Virus record (IMG/VR): IMGVR_UViG_3300036398_002458
Span: 1-63,768 of that record
Direction: 5' to 3' (one strand)
Origin: a virus
Lineage: Duplodnaviria > Caudoviricetes
Length of the DNA stretch: 63,768 nt
Numbering within the stretch: position 1 is the first letter of the stretch; each line of letters begins with the position of its first letter. The translations under genes and the position numbers were made by a program. Below, one piece after another: positions 43,368 to 52,889 of this stretch. Below the pieces are notes generated by a model, which saw only the letters and a program-made list of their open reading frames with translations, ran no database searches and had not been told where the DNA came from.

Positions 43368-45887
43368 ATGGCAACCAATTCCATGATGCCTTCGGTTTAT
43401 TCCGCCCCACAGGGTTTGGAAACGCTGGCCGAAGATCTACCTGTAATCGAAATCGAGGTTGAAGACCCGGAATCTTTGAAGATCGCCATGGGCGGCGTCG
43501 AGATCGAACTGGAGCCCGAAAGCGAAACCGGCGACGAAGCGTTTGACGCCAACCTTGCCGAGTACATGGACGAGAACGAACTCCAGAAGGTCGCCTCCGA
43601 TCTGATGGGCGAAGTGGACGGCGACATCAACTCCCGCAAAGACTGGGTGGAGATGTTCGTCAAGGGGCTCGAAGTCCTGGGCATGAAGTACGAGGAGCGC
43701 ACCGAGCCGTGGAACGGCGCGTGTGGCGTGTACTCCACGATCCTGACCGAAGCCGCAGTGCGCTTTCAGTCCGAGACGATCATCGAGACTTTCCCCTCCG
43801 TCGGGCCCGTCAAGACCGAAATCGTCGGTGCAATCGACAAACTCAAGGAAGAAGCAGCCGAGCGCGTGCGCGACGACATGAACTACCAGTTGACGGAGGT
43901 CATGTCCGAATACCGCCCCGAGCATGAACGCATGCTGTTCAACCTGGGCTTGGCAGGTTCGGCGTTCAAGAAGGTGTACTTCGACCCCAGCCTGGGTCGG
44001 CAGGTCTCGATCTTCGTCCCGGCAGAAGACGTCATCATTCCCTACGGTGCTACCAGCGCCATGGAAGCGCAGCGGGTCACGCACCTCATGCGCAAGACCA
44101 AGAACGACATCAGGAAACTCCAAGTCGAGGGGTTCTACCGCGACGTTGACCTGGGCGACCCGGTTCAGATCCACACGGACGTGGAGAAAAAGAAAGCCGA
44201 GGATCAGGGCTACAGCCTGACGGATGACGACCGGTACCAGATCGCAGAGATTCAGGTCGATTACGACCTGCCGGGATACGAGGACAAGGACGGTATCGCG
44301 CTGCCCTACATCATCACCATCGACCGGGGCACTTCCAAGGTCCTGGCCATCCGTCGCAACTGGCAGCCTGACGACGAGAAGAGACTCAAGCGTCAGCACT
44401 TCGTACAGTACACCTACATCCCAGGGTTTGGCGCTTATGGCTTCGGCTTCATACACCTCATTGGTGGATACGCTCGTGCTGGTACTTCTCTCATCCGGCA
44501 GTTGGTTGATGCCGGTACTCTCAGCAATCTTCCGGGCGGTCTGAAATCGCGCGGCTTGCGCGTCAAGGGCGACGACACGCCCATCGCCCCGGGTGAGTTC
44601 CGCGACGTGGACATCCCGTCTGGTGCGCTGCGCGACAACATCATGCCGCTGCCGTACAAGGAGCCGTCACAGGTCCTGGCAGCACTGCTTGAGCGGATCA
44701 CCGAAGAAGGCCGCCGTCTGGGCTCCATCGCGGACATGAAGGTCAGCGACATGTCGGCCCAAGCCCCGGTGGGCACGACGCTGGCCCTGTTGGAGCGGCA
44801 ACTCAAGACCATGAGCGCGGTGCAGGCACGTGTGCACTTCGCCATGAAGCAGGAGTTCAAACTCCTCAAGGCCATCATCCGCGACTACACCCCGTCGGCG
44901 TATTCCTACGACCCGGAGAAGGGCAGCCGCCGCGCCAAGCAAGAGGACTACGACATGGTGGAGGTTATCCCCGTGTCGGACCCCAACAGCAGCACGATGG
45001 CGCAGCGGATCATGCAGTACCAAGCGGTCATTCAGTTGGCTGCGCAGGCTCCGCAGATCTACGACCTGCCCCAGTTGCATCGGCAGATGATCGAGGTCCT
45101 GGGCGTGAAGAACGCCGAGAAGTTGGTGCCAATCGAAGACGACATGACCCCGCGCGACCCGCTGTCGGAGAACATGGCGTTCCTCAACGGCAAGCCGGTC
45201 AAGGCGTTTATCTACCAAGATCACGACGCCCACATCGCCACCCACATGGCGCTGATGCAAGACCCGCTGATGGCGCAGCAGATCGGCCAGAACCCGATGG
45301 CTCAGCAGATGATGTCGTCCATCCAGGCGCACATCATGGAGCACTTGTCCTTCGCCTACCGGGCCAAGGTCGAGGAGCAACTGGGCGTGCCGCTGCCCCC
45401 GCCCAACGAGCAGTTGCCCGAGGAAGTCGAGGTCAACCTCTCGCGCATCATCGCGCAGGCTGCACAGCAGTTGTTGGCCAAGGACAAGGCTCAGGCTTCG
45501 CAACAGCAGGCGCAGGAGATGCAGCAGGATCCGCTGATCCAGATGCAGCAGAAAGAACTCCAGATCAAGGCCCAAGAAGCCCAGATCAAAGCGCAGAAGG
45601 TCATGGGCGACTTGCAGGTCAAGCAGCAGGAACTGGCGCTCAAGGCCCAGGAAGCGGCGGCTCGCAGCGGAGAAGATCCGCAACTCAAGGCCATGGCGCA
45701 GCAAATGGAGATGCAGATGCGGCAGCAGTCGCACAATCAGAACCTCCAGCAAAGCGCCCAGACGCATCAGCAAAAGATGGCCCAAGCCGCCCAGACGGCT
45801 GAGCAGCAGGCCAAGATCCGGGCCTTCAACGCCGCCACGGCTGCGATGAACAAGGCCAACCAACCCAAGAAGGAGAAGCCTGAGTGA
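43368..45887 (+). CDS. Portal protein
   Basis: 839 aa after TerL; GSAFKKVYFD, GFGAYGFG, PVGTTLALLE; Gln-rich C-terminal coil. Confidence 0.88.
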   Translation: MATNSMMPSVYSAPQGLETLAEDLPVIEIEVEDPESLKIAMGGVEIELEPESETGDEAFDANLAEYMDENELQKVASDLMGEVDGDINSRKDWVEMFVKGLEVLGMKYEERTEPWNGACGVYSTILTEAAVRFQSETIIETFPSVGPVKTEIVGAIDKLKEEAAERVRDDMNYQLTEVMSEYRPEHERMLFNLGLAGSAFKKVYFDPSLGRQVSIFVPAEDVIIPYGATSAMEAQRVTHLMRKTKNDIRKLQVEGFYRDVDLGDPVQIHTDVEKKKAEDQGYSLTDDDRYQIAEIQVDYDLPGYEDKDGIALPYIITIDRGTSKVLAIRRNWQPDDEKRLKRQHFVQYTYIPGFGAYGFGFIHLIGGYARAGTSLIRQLVDAGTLSNLPGGLKSRGLRVKGDDTPIAPGEFRDVDIPSGALRDNIMPLPYKEPSQVLAALLERITEEGRRLGSIADMKVSDMSAQAPVGTTLALLERQLKTMSAVQARVHFAMKQEFKLLKAIIRDYTPSAYSYDPEKGSRRAKQEDYDMVEVIPVSDPNSSTMAQRIMQYQAVIQLAAQAPQIYDLPQLHRQMIEVLGVKNAEKLVPIEDDMTPRDPLSENMAFLNGKPVKAFIYQDHDAHIATHMALMQDPLMAQQIGQNPMAQQMMSSIQAHIMEHLSFAYRAKVEEQLGVPLPPPNEQLPEEVEVNLSRIIAQAAQQLLAKDKAQASQQQAQEMQQDPLIQMQQKELQIKAQEAQIKAQKVMGDLQVKQQELALKAQEAAARSGEDPQLKAMAQQMEMQMRQQSHNQNLQQSAQTHQQKMAQAAQTAEQQAKIRAFNAATAAMNKANQPKKEKPE

Positions 45888-46624
45888 GTGGACCGCTAGT
45901 CTCGCTGATGATGATCTCGTACAACAACGTGGCCTACCTCAAGGCCGCGATTGATAGCGTGTTGGCTCAGACCCACACGAACTGGGAAATGGTCATCAGC
46001 GATGACTGCTCCACTGACGGCTCCTGGGAATTGGCTCAAGTGCTTGGCGCCCGGGACAGCCGGATCAAGGTCGTCCAGAACGAGCGCAACCTCAAGACTC
46101 CGGGCAATCGCGCCGCTGCCATGAAGCACCTGAGCGGGGAGTTTGTGGGCCACATCGACGCGGACGACATGCTCTATCCGTACTCGGTGGAGCACATGCT
46201 GCGGCTGTTCGCCTCCCGTCCAGATGTAGGCATGGCGTACTCCGACATGTCTGACATCAACACCAAGAGCAAGGTGACGGGCTATCGAGCCCACCCCGAG
46301 GAAGATTCCAATCTAGCGCACCACGGATGGCGGCACTTTGGCATGTACCGCATGAGCGCGTATCAAACGGTGGCTGGGTACAACGACAAGTTGACCCAGG
46401 GCTGCGAAGACGGAGACTTGTTTCTTCAAATCGCAGAGCATCACAAGTTTGTGCGTATCCCTGAAGTGCTCTACGCCTACAGATCTCATGGGGACAACAA
46501 CAGCACCAAGAACCACAAGTGTGAGTCTTGCCCCGACCGACCGGTGTGTAACTACGTGCGGATCTGGTCCAAGCACGCTGGGTACGACCCCGTAACCTTT
46601 ACTCCGCTGAAGAAGGATTCCTGA
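45884..46624 (+). CDS. Glycosyltransferase family 2 (GT-A fold)
   Basis: PLVSLMMISYN..AIDSVLAQT..DDCSTDGS, IDADD (DxD), EDGDLFL. Confidence 0.92.
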   Translation: MSGPLVSLMMISYNNVAYLKAAIDSVLAQTHTNWEMVISDDCSTDGSWELAQVLGARDSRIKVVQNERNLKTPGNRAAAMKHLSGEFVGHIDADDMLYPYSVEHMLRLFASRPDVGMAYSDMSDINTKSKVTGYRAHPEEDSNLAHHGWRHFGMYRMSAYQTVAGYNDKLTQGCEDGDLFLQIAEHHKFVRIPEVLYAYRSHGDNNSTKNHKCESCPDRPVCNYVRIWSKHAGYDPVTFTPLKKDS

Positions 46625-46821
46625 TGGCAACGACAGTGTTTGATGTACTTACTCGGGACATCGAAGAGAAGCGGGAAACGATCGCCCGTGCTCTCGTAGA
46701 CGGCGCTGCGCGGGACTACGCGGAATACAAATCCATGTGTGGCGAGATCCGGGGTCTCTCGGTTGCACATGCCTATATCAATGACCTCGTGCGACGAATG
46801 GAGCAAGACGACGATGAGTGA
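46624..46821 (+). CDS. Small head-module protein
   Basis: DYAEYKSMCGEIRGL motif; coupled. Confidence 0.75.
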   Translation: MATTVFDVLTRDIEEKRETIARALVDGAARDYAEYKSMCGEIRGLSVAHAYINDLVRRMEQDDDE

Positions 46822-47215
46822 ACTACTTGTAAGCCAGGACGGTGAGACCGCAACCACGCTGCCCCAAACAGCGGAGGAGAAGGCTCGCCAGATCCCGGAT
46901 CCCTCAACCTTTCATCTCCTGTGCGTTCTCCCAGAGATTGATGAACAGTACGACAGCGGACTGGTCAAGGCCAGTCAAACGATGCACTTTGAAGAAGTGC
47001 TCTCACCTGTCCTGTTCGTCGTCAAGATGGGGCCGGACGCTTACAAGGACGAGAAACGATTCCCTTCTGGCCCTTCGTGCAAGGTCGGAGATTTCGTTCT
47101 GGTGCGGCCCAATACGGGTACGCGCATCAAGATCCACGGCAAGGAGTTTCGGATCATCAACGATGACTCCGTGGAAGCCGTGGTCCAAGACCCCCGGGGT
47201 ATTTCCCGTGCGTAA
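46814..47215 (+). CDS. groES: GroES-like co-chaperonin
   Basis: VVKMGPDAY..CKVGDFVLV..GTRIKIHGKEFRIINDDSVEAVV. Confidence 0.8.
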   Translation: MSELLVSQDGETATTLPQTAEEKARQIPDPSTFHLLCVLPEIDEQYDSGLVKASQTMHFEEVLSPVLFVVKMGPDAYKDEKRFPSGPSCKVGDFVLVRPNTGTRIKIHGKEFRIINDDSVEAVVQDPRGISRA

Positions 47216-47225
47216 GGAGTAGACC

Positions 47226-48179
47226 ATGCCACTTGATAAAGAAGAGTTCAAGTTCCCCGACGAGAAGGTCGAGGACAAGAAAGACGACGTGGAGTTCGAA
47301 GTCGAGGGTGAGGGTAAACCCGAAATCGAGGTGGTGGATGACACCCCCGAGGAAGACCGTGGCCGCGCTCCCATGAAGGAGCCGCCCAAGGAACTCACTG
47401 ACGACGAACTAAACAAGTACGACGAAGGTGTGCGCAAGCGCATCCAGCATTTCACCAAGGGCTACCACGAAGAGCGCCGGGCTAAAGAAGCCGCCCTGCG
47501 CGAGCGCGAAGAGGCCATTCGAATCGCCAAGGCCGTAGCCGACGAGAACAAGAAACTCAAGGGTTCGCTGTCTGAGGGTAAGAAGGCACTGCATGAGCAG
47601 GCGCTCAAACAGGTGGAAGGAGAAGTCGAGACCTTTAAGGCTCGACTGCGCGACGCCCTGGAGGCAGGCAATGCCAACGATATGGCGTACTGGCAAGATC
47701 AGTTGACCAGCGCCAAGATCAAACAGGACCGTTTGCAGAATTTGCAAATCGAACCTTTACAGGAAAATGATTTTGGGGTACAAATCCCTCAACCGGCTGA
47801 ACCAGAACCGGCGGCAGATCCCAAACTACTTGCATGGCGGGAAAAGAATCAGTGGTTTGGGCCCAATAAGCGCATGACCGCATACGCCCTGGGACTGCAC
47901 GACGATCTGGTAGCAGAAGGAATACCGCCCGGCAGTGATGAATACTGGAGACGGATCAACACTGACGTGCGGACAAGGTTCCCAGAGCAGTTTGGATCTG
48001 AGGAGCCCGCTGATGCGCCCAAAACTCAGCGTGTGAAGACCAACGTTGTCGCCCCGGCGACTCGTAGCACAGCGCCCAAGAAAATCGTGCTCACGAAGTC
48101 ACAGGTCGAAATCGCCAAGCGGCTTGGAGTTCCCCTGGATCTCTATGCTCGTAAGGTTGCGGAAGAGATGAGGAAATAA
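47226..48179 (+). CDS. Putative scaffolding protein
   Basis: Acidic N-terminus, long coiled coil, IVLTKSQVEIAKRLGVPL C-terminus; upstream of capsid genes. Confidence 0.65.
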   Translation: MPLDKEEFKFPDEKVEDKKDDVEFEVEGEGKPEIEVVDDTPEEDRGRAPMKEPPKELTDDELNKYDEGVRKRIQHFTKGYHEERRAKEAALREREEAIRIAKAVADENKKLKGSLSEGKKALHEQALKQVEGEVETFKARLRDALEAGNANDMAYWQDQLTSAKIKQDRLQNLQIEPLQENDFGVQIPQPAEPEPAADPKLLAWREKNQWFGPNKRMTAYALGLHDDLVAEGIPPGSDEYWRRINTDVRTRFPEQFGSEEPADAPKTQRVKTNVVAPATRSTAPKKIVLTKSQVEIAKRLGVPLDLYARKVAEEMRK

Positions 48180-48181
48180 TC

Positions 48182-48634
48182 ATGGCCGAGCAAGAACGCA
48201 AGAGTCGAGATCTGGAATCCCGTGAACAGGTGTCGCGTCCCAAACTTCAATGGGCGCCGCCCCAACTGCTACCTGACCCTGAGCCTGAGCCGGGTTACGC
48301 TTTCCGTTGGATTCGCCTGAGCACGCTCAACAATCCCGACCCCACGAATATCTCCTCGAAACTCCGCGAAGGCTGGGAGCCGGTAAAGGCAAGCACGCAG
48401 CCCAAACTGTTTGCTATGTCTAATCCCCAGAGTCGATTCCCTGATGGGGTCGAAATTGGTGGCCTGCTCCTGTGCAAGACCCCGGTTGAGTTGACGGAAC
48501 AGCGCAACGCCTATTACCAAAATCAGGCGGACGCGCAGATGAACTCCGTTGACAACAACTTCATGCGCGAGAGCAACCCGAAGATGCCGCTCTTCAATGA
48601 GCGTCGTTCTGAGGTGAAGTTCGGACGTGGTTAA
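48182..48634 (+). CDS. Head-module protein
   Basis: GYAFRWIR..KLREGWEPV..GGLLLCK. Confidence 0.8.
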   Translation: MAEQERKSRDLESREQVSRPKLQWAPPQLLPDPEPEPGYAFRWIRLSTLNNPDPTNISSKLREGWEPVKASTQPKLFAMSNPQSRFPDGVEIGGLLLCKTPVELTEQRNAYYQNQADAQMNSVDNNFMRESNPKMPLFNERRSEVKFGRG

Positions 48635-48653
48635 ACCCTGTTAGGAGTCACAA

Positions 48654-49529
48654 ATGGCATACCCTGTTGTTGACGCTCCCTACGGTTTCAAAGCCATCAA
48701 CGAGTTGAATGGCCTACCGTACGCTGGAGCAATCCGACAAATTCCTATTGCCCGAAACTACGGCACCGCCCTTTTCAATGGCGACCTGTTGCAGTTGACG
48801 ACAGACGGAACCATCATCAAGACCGGCTACTCTGCCGCATCCAGCCCGAGCACGGTTATTGCCGGGGCTATCGGAGTGTTCGTTGGTTGTTCTTACACCA
48901 ACCCTTCCACGGGTCAGAAGTTGTTTGCCCAGTACTACCCCGGTAGTGTTCTGGCTAACGACATCGTGGCCTTCGTTGTGGATGATCCTTCGGCACTGTT
49001 CAAGGTGGCGATGGTTGGTCAAACGTCCAGCGAGAGCAACACCGTTTCGACCATTGGCTACGCCAACCAGTCTTTCATTGGAACCAACGTGTACGCGATT
49101 ACCGGCGTTGCTGGTAGCACCGTCACGGGCAATTCCAAGATGGCTGTGTCTGGCGACGGCCCGAGCAACGGCACCGGCAACGTCCGCGTGGCGTCCACCT
49201 CGCTGCCGTTCCGCGTTGTGGCTGTGGTTCCTGAAACGGCTTACTCCGTGTCTGGCACGGGTACTTCCGCTTCTACGACCATCACGCTGGATGCTGCGGT
49301 TACTGGCCTTCAGGCCGGTATGGCAGTTGTCTGCCCCGATGCAAGTGCTGGCGGCACCCCTGGCGACTTCAACTATGTGACCAACGTGAACGGCACGACC
49401 GTCACCGTGGCGAAGACGCTGACCGCCGCTACTGCTGGCAGCAGTTTCACCTTTACCGGCTTCCCTGAAGTCCTGGTGAAGTGGAACCAAGGCTGGCACT
49501 CGTACCAATTCGCTACGGCGCTCGCGTAA
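48654..49529 (+). CDS. Putative capsid decoration/minor capsid protein
   Basis: DAPYGFK..GVFVGCSYT..VVDDP; directly upstream of the major capsid gene. Confidence 0.6.
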   Translation: MAYPVVDAPYGFKAINELNGLPYAGAIRQIPIARNYGTALFNGDLLQLTTDGTIIKTGYSAASSPSTVIAGAIGVFVGCSYTNPSTGQKLFAQYYPGSVLANDIVAFVVDDPSALFKVAMVGQTSSESNTVSTIGYANQSFIGTNVYAITGVAGSTVTGNSKMAVSGDGPSNGTGNVRVASTSLPFRVVAVVPETAYSVSGTGTSASTTITLDAAVTGLQAGMAVVCPDASAGGTPGDFNYVTNVNGTTVTVAKTLTAATAGSSFTFTGFPEVLVKWNQGWHSYQFATALA

Positions 49530-49542
49530 GGAGTAATTCAAA

Positions 49543-50451
49543 ATGGCAATTTCTCGTGCCCAACTACTGAAGGAACTCCTGCCCGGCCTGAACGCGCTGT
49601 TTGGTCTGGAGTACGCCCGCTACGGCGAAGAACACAAAGAGATCTACGAAACGGAGACCTCTGAGCGTTCGTTTGAAGAGGAGACGAAACTCTCCGGCTT
49701 CAGCGCCGCACCCGTCAAGCCGGAAGGCCAAGCCATTGCGTATGACAATGCGCAGGAAGCCTGGACTGCCCGCTACAACCACGAAACCATCGCCATGGGT
49801 TTCTCAATCACCGAAGAGGCGATCGAGGACAACCTGTACGACTCCCTGTCGTCCCGGTACACCAAGGCCCTGGCTCGTGCGATGGCCTACACCAAGCAGG
49901 TCAAGGCTGCTGCTGTTCTGAACAACGGTTTCAACTCCGCCGTGACCTACGGCGACGGTGTGAGCCTGTTCTCGACGGCGCATCCGCTGATCTCTGGTGG
50001 CAGCAACAGCAACCGCCCCACGGTGGCTGCTGACCTGAATGAAACGTCTCTTGAGAACGCCGTCATTCAGATCGCTGGTTGGACGGATGAACGCGGTCTG
50101 CTGATCGCTGCCAAGCCCCGGAAACTGATTGTTCCCCCGGCTCTGATGTTCGTGGCAACCCGCCTGCTCGAAACCGAGTTGCGCGTGGCTACCGCCGACA
50201 ACGACATCAACGCCCTGAAGAACAACGGTTCGATCCCCGAGGGTTACACCGTTAACCACTTCTTGACCGACACGAACGCGTGGTTCCTGACCACGGACGT
50301 GCCCAACGGCCTGAAGCACTTTGTCCGTACCCCGATGTCTACGTCCATGGACGGAGACTTCGACACCGGCAACGTCCGCTACAAGGCGCGCGAAAGGTAT
50401 TCGTTCGGAGTGAGCGATCCGTTGGGTATCTTCGGTTCGCCCGGAGCTTAA
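49543..50451 (+). CDS. Major capsid protein (Mu gpT-like)
   Basis: MAISRAQLLKELLPGLNALFG..RYTKALARAM..DFDTGNVRYKARERYSFG; strong codon bias; followed by a terminator. Confidence 0.88.
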   Translation: MAISRAQLLKELLPGLNALFGLEYARYGEEHKEIYETETSERSFEEETKLSGFSAAPVKPEGQAIAYDNAQEAWTARYNHETIAMGFSITEEAIEDNLYDSLSSRYTKALARAMAYTKQVKAAAVLNNGFNSAVTYGDGVSLFSTAHPLISGGSNSNRPTVAADLNETSLENAVIQIAGWTDERGLLIAAKPRKLIVPPALMFVATRLLETELRVATADNDINALKNNGSIPEGYTVNHFLTDTNAWFLTTDVPNGLKHFVRTPMSTSMDGDFDTGNVRYKARERYSFGVSDPLGIFGSPGA

Positions 50452-50483
50452 CCCAATAAAATCAAGCACTTGCGCTTGGTTGG

Positions 50484-50509
50484 AGGCCCCTTCGGGGGCC
50501 TTTTTATTT
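50484..50509 (+). terminator. Intrinsic terminator after the capsid gene
   Basis: AGGCCCC-TTCG-GGGGCCT followed by TTTTATTT. Confidence 0.9.
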
Positions 50510-50514
50510 GCCTG

Positions 50515-50543
50515 TTGACTTCTTGGGGTACCACCGGTACATT
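50515..50543 (+). promoter_or_regulatory. Sigma70 promoter TTGACT-N17-TACATT for the endonuclease
   Basis: Directly after the terminator; correct spacing. Confidence 0.65.
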
Positions 50544-50579
50544 ACGGTCATGTTCCTTAGCCCTGTAACGGAGAGCAAC

Positions 50580-51473
50580 ATGACCCAGGTCATCTACAAG
50601 ATCATCAACCTCGTAAACGACAAGTTCTACGTCGGAAGCACTACGAATCAGAAAGTGCGGTTTCGCCAACACCGTAAGTTGCTGCGCGGGGGCCGTCACC
50701 ACTGCAAACATCTTCAAGCAGCCTGGAACAAGTACGGCGAAGAGAAGTTTGCTTTCCGGGTCATTGAAGAGGTCGCAAGTGTGGAGTCTTTACAGGGCGT
50801 GGAAGAACGCTATCTTGCAGAGCATGTCGGGAAGCCGTACTGCTACAACACCGGCCATTCGGCGGACGCGCCCTGGCGCAATGCGCCTGCCCACAAAACC
50901 CCTAACTTTGGCCGTCCTGTCGCCCCTGAGCAAAAAGCCCAAATCTCCAAGACCTTGAAGGAGTTCTACGCCGCCGACTACTTCAACCATCCCCGTGTGG
51001 GGAAGGCGCATACGGAGGAAACCAAGGAGAAGATTCGCCAAGCCAAACTGGCTAACCCACAGACACCATGGTTGGGCAGAGAGCGAAGCGACGAAACCAA
51101 GGCCAAGATCGGTGCAGCGCAGCGTGGCAAACCCAAGGCTCCGGGGCGAAAGGTGTCGGAAGAGGGGCGAGCCAAGATCCAGGCCAACATCGAGGCCGGG
51201 CGTAGCCACAAGCACTGGACGGGGCGTAAGCACACGGAAGAAGCCAGGGCAAAGATGTCCAAGGCGGTGTTTGTTATGCCTGACGGGCTGATGTTCCCAA
51301 GCCTGACCGCTGTGCTTGAGCGGTACCAGATCAAGATGCCGACGTTGCGCCGTGCATTGGCCTCCGGCAAACCCATTACCAAGGGAAAGTTGGCCGGATA
51401 CTCGTTCAAGTACGGCGGGGTAAATCCTCAGTTCACGCTCACGGACAAACTTCTTGCGTTTCCCAAGAAGTGA
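50580..51473 (+). mobile_element. Free-standing GIY-YIG homing endonuclease with NUMOD3-like repeats
   Basis: VIYKIINLVNDKFYVGST..R..H..LQAAWNKYG; repeated HTEETKEKI, RSDETKAKI, HTEEARAKMS. Confidence 0.9.
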
Positions 51474-51482
51474 GGGTATAAA
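51454..51482 (+). promoter_or_regulatory. Possible promoter TTGCGT-N17-TATAAA for downstream structural genes
   Basis: Correct spacing; overlaps the endonuclease 3' end. Confidence 0.5.
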
Positions 51483-51567
51483 CACACCAGTCCAAGATTT
51501 CCCACTGCTTGCTGACCGGCTTGGCGGACTGACCTCACAGACAGCAAGCGCAATTGAGGAGCCTTCA

Positions 51568-52209
51568 ATGGCACGCACTACCTTCTCCGGCCCAGTCAAA
51601 TCCGATAACGGTTTTGAGGGCAGTTTCATTGGTACGCTGACGATCACGTCGGGCGGCAACACCATCACCACAACCAATTCTGCAACCAGCGGCACTTATC
51701 AGCCTTTGGTTGTTTCAACGGCCATGACCGGCGCTGGCGCTGATGGCGGTCGTGCAAAGTTTGACATGACCACCAATGTGGCTTTGGGATCGTTTTCCAA
51801 TGCCCTGAAGGCGGAAGTCACTTACGGCGCGTCTGGTCGTACCACGGGCCTGGGCTCGGCATTTGTTGCTGAAATGACCTTGTCGGCTGGCACCTCCTCG
51901 GGAACCTATGCTCCTATTGAGATTGAACTCAATATGGGCACTGCGGGTTCTACGGGCACTTCTACGTCGCTCATTTATGCCTCCGTAAACGGCAACGCCG
52001 CTACCACATTTGACAGCAATGGCTTCATTATGACGCTTGCGGGCTTGACTGCTGGTGCTGCTGACGCGGTCGCCACCCCCGGCGCGACATTTGCCGCTAC
52101 GGCAACTGGCACCGCCTTGGGTGGTGCAAATCTGCGTGGTCTGAAGGTCAAGATTGGAACTTCAACTTTCTATCTTGCTGCGATTCCTTCTGCAACTTAC
52201 GAAGCATGA
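51568..52209 (+). CDS. Structural protein (possible head fibre)
   Basis: GAGGAG RBS; MARTTFSGPVKSDNGF; Thr/Gly/Ala-rich. Confidence 0.7.
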   Translation: MARTTFSGPVKSDNGFEGSFIGTLTITSGGNTITTTNSATSGTYQPLVVSTAMTGAGADGGRAKFDMTTNVALGSFSNALKAEVTYGASGRTTGLGSAFVAEMTLSAGTSSGTYAPIEIELNMGTAGSTGTSTSLIYASVNGNAATTFDSNGFIMTLAGLTAGAADAVATPGATFAATATGTALGGANLRGLKVKIGTSTFYLAAIPSATYEA

Positions 52210-52373
52210 GCCTAACCAAAGAGCAATTGTTGGAAACTCGTCAGCAAGCAGTTGCTAAACGACAGCAATTGTTTGAGATGATTCAACAGGCTAATGGCGC
52301 AATCGACATGATTGATCACTTGCTTCAACAATTAGATCAAACAGAATTGGAGCCGCAAGATGATGCAAACTGA
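52206..52373 (+). CDS. Small coiled-coil protein, 55 aa (not in ORF track)
   Basis: MSLTKEQLLETRQQAVAKRQQLFEMIQQANGAIDMIDHLLQQL..; ATGA-coupled; AT-richer than its neighbours. Confidence 0.7.
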   Translation: MSLTKEQLLETRQQAVAKRQQLFEMIQQANGAIDMIDHLLQQLDQTELEPQDDAN

Positions 52374-52641
52374 CGTTAAATCGGGCACAGCGGCGGCGGC
52401 AACCAGTACGGCTGTCACGTCGTTCCGTGCCCGTATCAAGGCGCTTGCGCTGACCTACACCTCGTCTGCCGGGAACATTGCGATCACGGACGGCAACGGT
52501 GGGGCCACGCTGTTCTCGTTTACACCGGCTGCTGCCGCAGGTTCGTTGTACATGCTATTCCCTGGCGAGGGCATCCTTGCTGAGACTGGCATTTACGTGA
52601 CCAACGGCACCGGCACCGCTGCGACGGTGTTCTATGGCTAA
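52360..52641 (+). CDS. Small beta-rich structural protein
   Basis: MQTDVKS..RARIKAL..FPGEGIL..TVFYG. Confidence 0.75.
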   Translation: MMQTDVKSGTAAAATSTAVTSFRARIKALALTYTSSAGNIAITDGNGGATLFSFTPAAAAGSLYMLFPGEGILAETGIYVTNGTGTAATVFYG

Positions 52642-52888
52642 GAGCCCAGCATGGCAGCGCAAGGAAGGCAAAGCGGAGAGTGGCGGATTGAACGCCAAAG
52701 GCCGCGCCTCCTACAACCGCGCCAATCCTGGGAAGCCGGGTCTGAAAGCCCCTCAACCGGAGGGCGGACCTCGGCGCGACTCCTTCTGTGCTCGGATGAA
52801 GGGCATGAAGAAGAAGTTGACAAGCGCCAAGACCGCCAATGACCCGAACAGCCGGATCAACAAGTCCTTGAGGGCGTGGAACTGCTGA
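52634..52888 (+). CDS. Small basic protein (DUF6321-like)
   Basis: AWQRKEGK..GGLNAKGRASY..RRDSFCARM..SLRAWNC. Confidence 0.75.
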   Translation: MAKSPAWQRKEGKAESGGLNAKGRASYNRANPGKPGLKAPQPEGGPRRDSFCARMKGMKKKLTSAKTANDPNSRINKSLRAWNC

Positions 52889-52889
52889 C

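Noticed and set aside
47756-47784. Internal promoter TTTACA-N17-TACAAA in the scaffold gene
   Set aside because: Plausible spacing in a locally AT-rich patch, but both hexamers are imperfect and it lies in coding sequence; too weak to list as a feature.
50452-51567. Group I intron around the GIY-YIG gene
   Set aside because: The capsid gene is complete with stop and terminator before the endonuclease, and no split host gene or intron core was seen.
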